A DNA stretch of 64,000 nt from Polyangiaceae bacterium (lineage in GTDB: Bacteria > Myxococcota_A > Polyangia > Polyangiales > Polyangiaceae), in assembly GCA_050287085.1 (NCBI GenBank), contig JBNKBE010000003.1, forward strand, positions 303,350 to 367,349, written 5' to 3'. Positions 28,858 through 37,096 of this stretch are shown here, piece by piece. Within the stretch, counting starts at the first letter, position 1, and the number at the start of each line of letters is the position of its first letter. Both the position numbers and the translations under genes were made by a program. Below the pieces are notes generated by a model. The model ran no database searches. It was not told where the DNA came from and was given only the letters and a program-made list of their open reading frames with translations.

Positions 28858-29777
28858 CAGAAACTCCCGCCGCCTGAAAGAAAAGGTCCCATCAATAAGA
28901 TGAGAATACACCCCATGAGCAGCATCATGGGGATAATCATGAACACCCCAGCACGAGCGGCCGCCTCCTCTGCTAGCACGCTCCTCCGCATCCGCGCCGA
29001 AGTCGCCTGGATCCGAAGGGCGTCGGCGATTGGATTGCCCTTCTCCTCCGCCTGAATCAAGGCTCGCGTGAAGTCACGGACAGCATCGGTCGGCACACGC
29101 TCTTCAAGTTCCGTCAAGGCTTGCTTTCGAGTCTGTCCTAGCTCAAGCCCGCGCAGCAAGCCTCCAAGCTCTTGGGCGACGACATCCTGCTCGTCTCCCC
29201 CTTCGCTGATCTGACGGAGCGCTCCAGGAAAATCCATCCCCGCCCCCATGCACATGGCCGCCACATCGAGCGCTGCCGGCAGGCCCCGGTCCATGCGCTT
29301 CTGACGGCTGGCGGCCTCATTTCCCAGCTGGGAATGAATCAGCCAGTAGCCCGCACCGGCCCCGATGGCTATCCAAAGAAGGCCTCCGTCGGTCCACACC
29401 ATCACGGCAGCTCCCATGGAACCACATGCCCCAATGCCCACGAGCAACATCGCGATGTACTCGTCTTCAGTAAGACCTAGGTAATAGCCGGCTTCCACGA
29501 GACGCTGACCTTGCACCGCCCCCCACTCGGACAGTCGGGCACCGAGCCCAAAAGGATTGGTGCGCCTGAGCTCCGCCAGAACGGCCCCAATCCGTCGAAT
29601 CAGTGGCTCCGCCACGCGAAATCCGCTGTTCTCTTCCAAAGCCAGAGTGCGCTGACGGCCTCGACTGCCCAACGTCGGACGGGCGATCAAGGGTACGGCT
29701 AGAAACCCGTACACCAGCCAGCCGAGCCCAACGAAAAGCAGGCCGATCGCGGGGTAGCGCAGAAGTGAGTAGTCCAC
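28857..29777 (-). CDS. tadC: Tad platform protein TadC (T2SSF family)
   Basis: LPAALDVAAMCMGAGMDF, ELGQTRKQAL, LIQAEEKGNPIADALRIQA and AEEAAAR. Confidence 0.92.
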   Translation of the reverse strand: MDYSLLRYPAIGLLFVGLGWLVYGFLAVPLIARPTLGSRGRQRTLALEENSGFRVAEPLIRRIGAVLAELRRTNPFGLGARLSEWGAVQGQRLVEAGYYLGLTEDEYIAMLLVGIGACGSMGAAVMVWTDGGLLWIAIGAGAGYWLIHSQLGNEAASRQKRMDRGLPAALDVAAMCMGAGMDFPGALRQISEGGDEQDVVAQELGGLLRGLELGQTRKQALTELEERVPTDAVRDFTRALIQAEEKGNPIADALRIQATSARMRRSVLAEEAAARAGVFMIIPMMLLMGCILILLMGPFLSGGGSF

Positions 29778-29786
29778 GATAGCCTC

Positions 29787-30641
29787 CTAGACGTCCACGG
29801 CGAGAATCTTACGGGCGAGAAGGCCAGCGCTGATCCACAGGATAGCCGCGCCGCTCAGAAGAAGATTTCCCATGAACGTTTCGAACATGGGCTTGAAGAA
29901 CTCCGGCATCATGGAGTTGATCGAAAAGAAGAGCGGGATAGGAATAGCGCTGATAACCCACGCCTGGGCTTTGCCTTCAGCTGTCTTGGTCCGTACCACA
30001 CCCTCGAGCCGCGCCATTTCGCGTAAGCTCTCGGCTGCACGCTCCAAAGTATGTGGCAGGTTTCCACCACTTGAGCGCGCGACAACCAGGGTCGACATCA
30101 CCGTACGCACCGATCGACTGCCGATGCGCTCTGCCCCGAGGGTCAACGCGCGGTCCAGCGGCGTGCCCAGATGGTACTCCTTCAAAATGAGGTCGATCTC
30201 ATCCCGAATCGGAGGCTCCACAATGGTGAGCGTCGCCTGCAGTGAATCTCCGATCGCCGGCGTTGCCTTTAGTGCATTGGCTAGCGACGTGACCCATCCA
30301 TCGAGCTGTTCCTCGATCCGGTTCACGCGCTTGGCATGCTGCTGCCCCAGAATCACATTCGCCAGCGGAACCGCACATAACACCACTGCTCCCAAGAGTG
30401 GCAGCCACAGCAGCAACAGCACGGACGCCGCGATGGCGAGGCCCTGTCCAAGCACGAAGGTCTCCGCCTTCGTCTTCGAATGCATGAGCTTCAGCTTGCT
30501 GGCGATCGACGCGGTGTACGCCCGCAAGCGAGCGCGCGTCTTGGTCTCATAAGGAATCAACTCGTAGGCCAAGAACGTACTGAGCCCAAGGCTCAACAGC
30601 GCTAGCGCCAACCGACCCCAAATGTACGCGGGTACACTCAT
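29787..30641 (-). CDS. tadB: Tad platform protein TadB (T2SSF family)
   Basis: EQLDG..SLANALKA, EYHLGTPLDRAL, GGNLPHTL and VRTKTAEGK; ATG at 30641 overlaps the cpaF stop. Confidence 0.92.
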   Translation of the reverse strand: MSVPAYIWGRLALALLSLGLSTFLAYELIPYETKTRARLRAYTASIASKLKLMHSKTKAETFVLGQGLAIAASVLLLLWLPLLGAVVLCAVPLANVILGQQHAKRVNRIEEQLDGWVTSLANALKATPAIGDSLQATLTIVEPPIRDEIDLILKEYHLGTPLDRALTLGAERIGSRSVRTVMSTLVVARSSGGNLPHTLERAAESLREMARLEGVVRTKTAEGKAQAWVISAIPIPLFFSINSMMPEFFKPMFETFMGNLLLSGAAILWISAGLLARKILAVDV

Positions 30642-32365
30642 AGGTATTCTCCGTCCTCCACAAGTCCATTCGTAATGAACTGGTCCAAAAACGTCGGCAG
30701 GTAGCCGGTCGCTCGAAACTCTCCTTCGATCTTCCCCTTGGGGCTCGTGCCCGTTCGCACGTATGCGAAGATCTCGTTGATCTCGATTTCGCCGTCGTCG
30801 CCAATACCGCAAACTTCAGCAACACTCGTAACGCGACGACTGCCATCGGAGAGTCGAGTCTGCTGGAGGATGATGTGAACGCTGGCTGCGATCTGCGAGC
30901 GGATCGCCCGTATCGGCAAGTCCATACCCGCCATAAGACACAACGTCTCAATCCTGGCTATCGCCTCTTTCGGACTGTTGGCATGTGTGGTCGTCATCGA
31001 CCCTTCATGCCCAGTATTCATCGCCTGAAGCATGTCGATGGCCTCCCCCCCGCGACACTCACCGACCACGATGCGATCCGGTCGCATGCGCAACGCGTTC
31101 TTCACCAAATCGCGAATGGAGTATTCACCCTTACCTTCGAGGTTGGCGGGGCGTGATTCAAGAGAAACGACATGAGTCTGGGCCAGCTGAAGCTCTGCGG
31201 CATCTTCGATAGTAACGACTCGTTCCGACTCAGGTATCGATGCCGACAAGACGTTCAGCAATGTCGTCTTGCCACTGCCCGTTCCGCCTGAGATGACAAT
31301 GTTGCGCCGAACGCGTACCGCGCGGTCCAGAAACCGCGCGATCCGGTCTGTCATCGCCCCGAAGCTTATCAAGTCCTTGATCGTCAGCGGGGTCTTCGCA
31401 AACTTGCGGATCGTGATGCAGGGGCCCTTGATGGCCAAGGGCGGAATCACCGCGTTGACGCGCGAGCCGTCTTTGAGACGAGCATCGACCAGCGGCGTCG
31501 ATTCATCGATCCTTCTCCCAAGCGGAGTCACGATGCGTTCGATAGCCGCACGCACGGATTCGTTGTCCGTAAAGCGAGTGCCGGTCATCTCTAGGCGCCC
31601 GCGACGTTCGACGAAGATCGTCTGCGGATCGACCACCATGATCTCGGAAATATCGGGGTCGGCGAGCAGGTCCTCGAGTGGTCCGAGTCCCAGAGCCTCG
31701 TTGGTTAGCTCCTGAATCAGAAGTTCGCGATCGGCGTGCGCAGGCAGTTCGGACGCCAGTTGGACCACGATACGACGCAGCGCATTGACCACCTTCTCGC
31801 GCAACGACGGGTCGGCAAGCGCGTGACGATCCAGCGTTGGAAGGTCGAGATTGTCCAGCAGTTGTCGCTGAATGCGTCTTCGCAAGAGCGGTGACTCAAC
31901 GCCTGAACTCCGGGAGCGAACCGGTGGCAACTCCGCCATGGAGAGCTGAGGTCGCCGTGACTGGGAAGGCTTGGCGACGGCGGACTGCGGCGAAGGAGTC
32001 CGCACCACCGGGACGGCCGCTGCGGACGGCTGAGCGGATACCGAGTCCGATGCCTGCCCGCAGTTGATGACGAGACGGTACGGGCCAAGGACAAGCTGCA
32101 CCGGGTCGAACATCGGCAGCCTGCGAGAAGCTTTGCTCAGCAACGAATCGTTGACCAGGGTCCCATTGGACGAGAAGTCCGTCACCTCCAGTTGCTCGTC
32201 GCGAATGCGCAATGCAACGTGCCGCCGCGAGATCGACGCCGCGTCCAGGATCAGATCGCAGGACTCGTCGCGGCCGAGCCAAAACGGCTCCGCCGTCAGC
32301 GGGTGGCGGCGCACATCTGGCGCACCGCCACCGTCCTTCTGCACCCGAAACTCAGCCGACACCAT
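30638..32365 (-). CDS. cpaF: FHA-domain-fused CpaF/TadA ATPase
   Basis: N-terminal FHA (LGR..SRRH..SNGT); GLGPLEDLL, GGTGSGKT, EDAAEL, LRMRPDRIVVGECRG and NTGHEG. Confidence 0.95.
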   Translation of the reverse strand: MVSAEFRVQKDGGGAPDVRRHPLTAEPFWLGRDESCDLILDAASISRRHVALRIRDEQLEVTDFSSNGTLVNDSLLSKASRRLPMFDPVQLVLGPYRLVINCGQASDSVSAQPSAAAVPVVRTPSPQSAVAKPSQSRRPQLSMAELPPVRSRSSGVESPLLRRRIQRQLLDNLDLPTLDRHALADPSLREKVVNALRRIVVQLASELPAHADRELLIQELTNEALGLGPLEDLLADPDISEIMVVDPQTIFVERRGRLEMTGTRFTDNESVRAAIERIVTPLGRRIDESTPLVDARLKDGSRVNAVIPPLAIKGPCITIRKFAKTPLTIKDLISFGAMTDRIARFLDRAVRVRRNIVISGGTGSGKTTLLNVLSASIPESERVVTIEDAAELQLAQTHVVSLESRPANLEGKGEYSIRDLVKNALRMRPDRIVVGECRGGEAIDMLQAMNTGHEGSMTTTHANSPKEAIARIETLCLMAGMDLPIRAIRSQIAASVHIILQQTRLSDGSRRVTSVAEVCGIGDDGEIEINEIFAYVRTGTSPKGKIEGEFRATGYLPTFLDQFITNGLVEDGEYL

Positions 32366-32386
32366 CGCGCTACCTCGCGGAAAACA

Positions 32387-33643
32387 TCACTTCGAGGCTT
32401 TGGACGAAGCGCCCTTGCTGGCGTTGTGTGCCCCCTTGCCTTTGGGTGGCAATAGCGGTCCCGTGAGCTCTATGCCTTCGAGGTCACCGCTGTAGTCCTC
32501 GAAGATCTGGAACGCTTCCTGTATCTGCTGCCGCGCTGAGAGGTCTACCGAATCGACCACCGACGGAACGATGAAAAGAACATTCTCCGTATTCTGGTCA
32601 ACGGCTCCCCAAGAACCAAATAGCGGACCCAACACCGGAATCTGGCTGAGGCCCGGCAGACCACTCTGACTTCGGATTGAAGACTGCGCCACCAGGCCCC
32701 CCAACATGACCGACTGCCCGAGCTCTAGATTGATGACCGAAGAAACTCGCGACGTCGTGCGTCCGGGGGTGCCGGTCCCGCGGTCATCCGTCAGGTCGGC
32801 AACGTCGGCAGCCACCACGAGCTCGAGCCGGCCACTCTCCGCATCATAGCGGGGCAGCACCGACACCGTGCTCCCAAACTTGATGCTGATGACCCCCGTA
32901 TTGAGGGCGTTTTGAATGGGGATATTCACTTCGCCGCCGCCCGAGAACTCAGCCTGCGTGCCGTTGGCCGTGATGACCGTGGCGTGGCGCACCAGCTTGG
33001 CGTGCCCGGTGACCTGAGCCAAGTCGAGACGTGGCAACAGCTGACTTGCGCTGAGCGCTGCCGACTGCAAGGCACCGCTCTGCAAGTCGACGGCAAAGGT
33101 TGCGGACGCCTGAGAGGGATATCCCGCTGGCCACGCAATGCCTAGCTGATGATTGTAGCCCTGATCCAACTGTAAGAAGTAGAGATCGAGTCTAACGTTG
33201 TCTTTGAGTTCAACCGCGTAGGGATTCTCCGGCTCCACCGCCCGGATGTCGCTGGATGCGTTCGGATCGGCGACGGTGATGCGGTATTGACGCTGGCTAC
33301 CGTCGGACATCAATAGCAGCAAGGTCGTTGCGCCAGGCCGAAGTGCGACGATTACGAAGTTGTCAGAGCTGGTCGTCAATCGCACGTCGACGATGCCCTT
33401 GACGCCCTCGGAAAACGAGTTGACTCCGTCGCTGGAAATCACCTTCTGCTCGCCGACATTCATGTTGAGCTCGATGAGCGTCGGAGCGGCCGCAGCAACG
33501 GGCACGAGAGCTTCGGCCTGGTACGCGAACGGGGCTCCCAAAGCCGCGAGGATCATGCAGCGGTGCAGCGTCCGCCAACGGCAAGCTCTGCCCAAGGTGG
33601 TGCTGCGCCCAGGCAACTTATCGACCAACTTATTAGTGAACAC
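32387..33643 (-). CDS. cpaC: Tad secretin CpaC/RcpA
   Basis: N-terminal pilus-formation domain (VALRPGATTLL); secretin motifs FSGGGEVNIP, FGSTVSVLP, LELGQSVMLGGL and GLPGLSQIPVLGPLF. Confidence 0.88.
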   Translation of the reverse strand: MFTNKLVDKLPGRSTTLGRACRWRTLHRCMILAALGAPFAYQAEALVPVAAAAPTLIELNMNVGEQKVISSDGVNSFSEGVKGIVDVRLTTSSDNFVIVALRPGATTLLLLMSDGSQRQYRITVADPNASSDIRAVEPENPYAVELKDNVRLDLYFLQLDQGYNHQLGIAWPAGYPSQASATFAVDLQSGALQSAALSASQLLPRLDLAQVTGHAKLVRHATVITANGTQAEFSGGGEVNIPIQNALNTGVISIKFGSTVSVLPRYDAESGRLELVVAADVADLTDDRGTGTPGRTTSRVSSVINLELGQSVMLGGLVAQSSIRSQSGLPGLSQIPVLGPLFGSWGAVDQNTENVLFIVPSVVDSVDLSARQQIQEAFQIFEDYSGDLEGIELTGPLLPPKGKGAHNASKGASSKASK

Positions 33644-34388
33644 GTTCTATCTCCCTTTTGTCAGCTTTCTCAGAGCCGCGACTAACTGTTCGCGGCTCCT
33701 CCGGCGGCGTACCCATAACGTCGCGTTGTGTTGCCTCGGGCAACTCATCGAGTACCTTGATGTCCGCAGCGTTTCTAACCACCAAGAGCAACCGTCCGTA
33801 CTGTTCGGCTGTGGCCAGCCGCTGGCTCTGCTGCGGATCCACGCTCACGACCACCTGCCCTGCCGCTCGCGTTGACACTTTGGCGTCCATCTGACCGCCC
33901 ACCGCGAGCACAAGAATGTCCTGCAACAAGGTCCGCGTGGACGTGGTTTCGCCGTCCGTGAAGAGCACATCCACGCGATCGCCTGGACGCAAGAGGCCAT
34001 CGAAGGTGCCCGCGCTACGCAGCGGGAAGGCCCGCTTTCCCTCTTGTACGGTGCTGCTCAGATCCCGGCCCGAGCGCCCCAAAGCGGCCACGTCACTCCA
34101 CAAGATCGGCTCATTGGCGTCGATCCGCGTGTTGAGACGAACGCCGACCACGCGTTTGACGGCCTCCGCTCGAATGTGGCGCGCGCCCACAAACGCTTGC
34201 GGAATGCTTCTTTGCCCGAGATCGGCCTCCGTCAGGAGGTCGCCTGGCGCTAGATCGTGGGTCGCGATGAGCACGGACATAGGAGCCCCTCCCGCGGCTT
34301 CGTCCTCGACGTGAGCCAGATATAAATGCCCTGCCGCGGCGCCTACGAGGGTCGCTGTAACAGCGGTAAAAAATGCGATCTTATTCAC
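33633..34388 (-). CDS. cpaB: Flp pilus assembly protein CpaB/RcpC
   Basis: N-terminal TM, SAF domain (VLIATHDLAPG), GKRAF, GLLRPGDRVDVL and LLQDILVLAVG; GTG at 34388 with upstream GGGGAAG. Confidence 0.92.
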   Translation of the reverse strand: MNKIAFFTAVTATLVGAAAGHLYLAHVEDEAAGGAPMSVLIATHDLAPGDLLTEADLGQRSIPQAFVGARHIRAEAVKRVVGVRLNTRIDANEPILWSDVAALGRSGRDLSSTVQEGKRAFPLRSAGTFDGLLRPGDRVDVLFTDGETTSTRTLLQDILVLAVGGQMDAKVSTRAAGQVVVSVDPQQSQRLATAEQYGRLLLVVRNAADIKVLDELPEATQRDVMGTPPEEPRTVSRGSEKADKREIERVH

Positions 34389-34695
34389 TACGACTTCCCC
34401 TTGAGAGCTGTAGGAGGGCCCCTCTTGTAGCTCCGTGCCGCACAGCAAGATAGTCCAAATCATTGACCTCCAGGGTTTTTCCCGCGTTTTCCTGACCGCC
34501 AGGTACACCCCGAAGCGTCTCACCGTCTCACAGGCAAGGAGACATCGTGCGGTGCGATTTCCCGGGACAAGCAGCCCGCTCTGGCGCTACACAATCACCA
34601 CGATGCAGGTCGGAGGTAGACATACGCCACGGAGGGACGGTAGACAACGCCCTGCGGCGGTTTCTCCAAACGGGGCGCCCGACGGGCCACGGGGG

Positions 34696-34968
34696 ATGGG
34701 CCAGCGGCTGTATGGAATGACCGTCGGCGTTTGCACGTCGAGCGCCATTGTTGGCCTCGCGCGCTGGGGTCGGCGACGGCGGCACGATGGGCTGCTAGGC
34801 AGCGGCCAAGGCCTGCACCGCGATGCTCAGGGCTCAGTCACCGTTGAATACACCATCATCTTGGTGCTCGTAGCACTCGTTGCCATGTTGCCGCTGATGT
34901 ACCTCGCGGCGGCTATGGTGCAGTATTATAAGGCCAATCGCATCGCGCTGATATTACCACTCCTCTAG
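34696..34968 (+). CDS. Flp-like minor pilin
   Basis: Prepilin site DAQG|SVTVEY followed by a hydrophobic helix. Start uncertain (34696 or 34717). Confidence 0.7.
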   Translation: MGQRLYGMTVGVCTSSAIVGLARWGRRRRHDGLLGSGQGLHRDAQGSVTVEYTIILVLVALVAMLPLMYLAAAMVQYYKANRIALILPLL

Positions 34969-34973
34969 GGTCA

Positions 34974-35010
34974 CACAACCATCGCGTCGTCACAACCATC
35001 GCGTCGTCAC
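34974..35010. repeat. Perfect 17-bp tandem duplication
   Basis: CACAACCATCGCGTCGT twice (34974-34990, 34991-35007) plus CAC. Confidence 0.9.
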
Positions 35011-35185
35011 GTCCTTCGCGGACCGTCGTTGCGCCGCAGTTGGGGTTCACTCCAACGCTCGGGACAGTCAGAACCACCCACAGCAAGACTTCAACCCGGT
35101 TTGCACCGGGACGCGACGGGAGGACCTCGTCCTTGCGTCGCTCCAAACCACCCTTCGGGGTAAGACAGGGAAAGGGAATACACCA

Positions 35186-35410
35186 ATGTCGTTGATTCAA
35201 AAAGTTCGCAATATTAAGAACCTCGAGCTGAGCCGCGACGAGCGGGGGCTGTCCACCGTTGAGTACGTGATCCTGCTTGTGGTCATCGCCGCTCTCTGCG
35301 TCGCTGCTTGGCGCGCCCTGGGCAACGAAGTACAGGGCAAGCTGAACAGCGCGAAGGGGCAGATCAGCACAGAGACCAACATCGAGGGGGCGCAGGGCAA
35401 CGTTGAGTAG
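35186..35410 (+). CDS. flp: Flp (type IVb/c) pilin, probable major pilin
   Basis: 74 aa; DERG|LSTVEY Flp motif; purine-rich RBS region; strong hairpin downstream. Confidence 0.92.
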   Translation: MSLIQKVRNIKNLELSRDERGLSTVEYVILLVVIAALCVAAWRALGNEVQGKLNSAKGQISTETNIEGAQGNVE

Positions 35411-35434
35411 CCTGTGACTCGAGCTGAGCTCGCG

Positions 35435-35474
35435 CACGGCACCTTACGCTTGATACCTCTTGTAAGGTGCCGTG
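35435..35474 (+). terminator. Strong stem-loop after flp (terminator or mRNA stabiliser)
   Basis: Perfect 13-bp stem CACGGCACCTTAC / GTAAGGTGCCGTG with a 14-nt loop. Confidence 0.7.
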
Positions 35475-35539
35475 AGCTGCGCGCCACCTAGGCGTCGAAG
35501 CTCGCGGGCGCTCGCCTGCTTCAAGGAAGGAAAGAATTC

Positions 35540-36052
35540 ATGTTGGCCGCTTGGGTAGCGCTGTTTGCCGCAGGCGCCTCTGCAGCTATCGACGCGCGCA
35601 CGGGCAGGATCCCCAACTGGCTGACGCTGCCGCTCGTGCCTCTGGGAGTAGCACTTCAGGCTCTTGATTCGGGCTCTCGTGGGCTTCTTGCGGCGGGTCT
35701 CGGGGCCCTGTTGTGTTTCCTTGTGCCCTTCGTGATGTTCTGGAGCACGCGGGGCGCGGCCATCGGTGGCGGGGACGTCAAGCTTTTTGCTGGGCTCGGG
35801 GCGTTGCTTGGCCCGGGCATAGGATTGGAGGTCGAACTCGGCGCATTTGTTGCGCTGACCGTGCTAGCGCTCTTCGTGCTCACCTGGCGCGGTCTCTTGT
35901 GGCGCACGCTCAAGAACTCGTTCTGGCTCTTCGCCAATCGCTTCCTTCCCAAGGAGAAGCGTAGAACGCTGCAGTTGCAAGCGATGACGTCGCTCCGCAT
36001 GGGTCCTGCCATCTTCATCTCCTGCGGCATCTCGCACTTCTTGCTGCGCTAG
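35540..36052 (+). CDS. cpaA: Prepilin peptidase CpaA/TadV (A24 family)
   Basis: D..TGRIPNWLT and IGGGDVKLFA aspartic motifs; multiple TMs; RBS AAGGAAGG. Confidence 0.93.
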   Translation: MLAAWVALFAAGASAAIDARTGRIPNWLTLPLVPLGVALQALDSGSRGLLAAGLGALLCFLVPFVMFWSTRGAAIGGGDVKLFAGLGALLGPGIGLEVELGAFVALTVLALFVLTWRGLLWRTLKNSFWLFANRFLPKEKRRTLQLQAMTSLRMGPAIFISCGISHFLLR

Positions 36053-36139
36053 CTGCCTGGCTCAGCTCAGACCCAGCGCAGGTCGCGCCCCAGCGCCCGT
36101 AGCGCCGAGTCCTCCCCTTTGGACCCACGTTTTAGATCC

Positions 36140-37096
36140 ATGACGACCGAGTCGAGCTCCCCTAGCCGCTTCGCCTCCGAGCGTCTCGCCCAAAGCGAAC
36201 GTGGCGCGGTCTACGTTGAATTCATCATCGCGTTCATCCCGATGTTCATCTTCTTTCTCGGGATGCTCCAGCTAGCGTTCATGGAGTCTGGTCAGCTGAT
36301 CGTAAGCATGGCCGCGCAGAAGGCGGTTCGAGCAGCTGTCGTCCAGTTGGACAATCCCAAAGTGTGTCTGAGCGGCGGCAGCCAAGAACGTCAGAATCCA
36401 TTCTTGGGGAGCGGGGGCGCTACCGCCCCGGGCGCTGGCCGAACGAGTGGCAACGAGGTGATGGACAAGATCCGCGCAGCGGCCTACCTACCGCTCGCTA
36501 CACTCGGTCCCCCAGCGCATTCCTACCCTTTCCTGGGCAACGTCCTCAGTGGTTTGAATTTTGCCGGAGAGCAGACAACCCGCATGTTGCTCGGCTACTT
36601 CGCCTACGGTCCTGGGGCAGCGGCGGTCTGGCTGATGGATGAAGTTGGCAATCTCGTTGAACCGGCAGCTCTTCGTGCGTCGCTCAGCGGTGACCACTTG
36701 ATTACGGTCCACGTCCACTACGTCTTTCCGTGTATCGTACCGCTAGCTAGACACATCATGTGCCGTCCCCTCTACGACATGGTTGGGTTGAAGGAATCCG
36801 TGACCCGCCTCAAGGACCGCGCACAGAGCTTGTCTTTCAGCGAGATCATCGCCGATCCGGAAGACGTATGGGACGAGATGGAGTCAGGAGTCCAGCAGAT
36901 AGAAGATCGCATGGACGACAGCAAGGAGCTCTATTCCAAGCTGAAGCGCGCTGAGACCCCCGCACTCATGATGCCCTGGGTATTCGGTGACATGCGATTC
37001 GTGGTCCTCGAGGCTGAGGCTGCACTTCCCAATCAGTGGGCGAGCTACGCTCACGATGCCATCAAGAAACGCTGCGGCGAAGAGGTCGCCCCATGA
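36140..37096 (+). CDS. tadE: TadE-like minor pilin (large)
   Basis: ERG|AVYVEFIIAFIP and AAQKAVRAA TadE motif. Confidence 0.85.
   Translation: MTTESSSPSRFASERLAQSERGAVYVEFIIAFIPMFIFFLGMLQLAFMESGQLIVSMAAQKAVRAAVVQLDNPKVCLSGGSQERQNPFLGSGGATAPGAGRTSGNEVMDKIRAAAYLPLATLGPPAHSYPFLGNVLSGLNFAGEQTTRMLLGYFAYGPGAAAVWLMDEVGNLVEPAALRASLSGDHLITVHVHYVFPCIVPLARHIMCRPLYDMVGLKESVTRLKDRAQSLSFSEIIADPEDVWDEMESGVQQIEDRMDDSKELYSKLKRAETPALMMPWVFGDMRFVVLEAEAALPNQWASYAHDAIKKRCGEEVAP

Noticed and set aside
35030..35180. Firm c-di-GMP-I riboswitch call
   Set aside because: Lacks the GNRA tetraloop, GGCAAA and a clear closing helix; kept only as a tentative finding.
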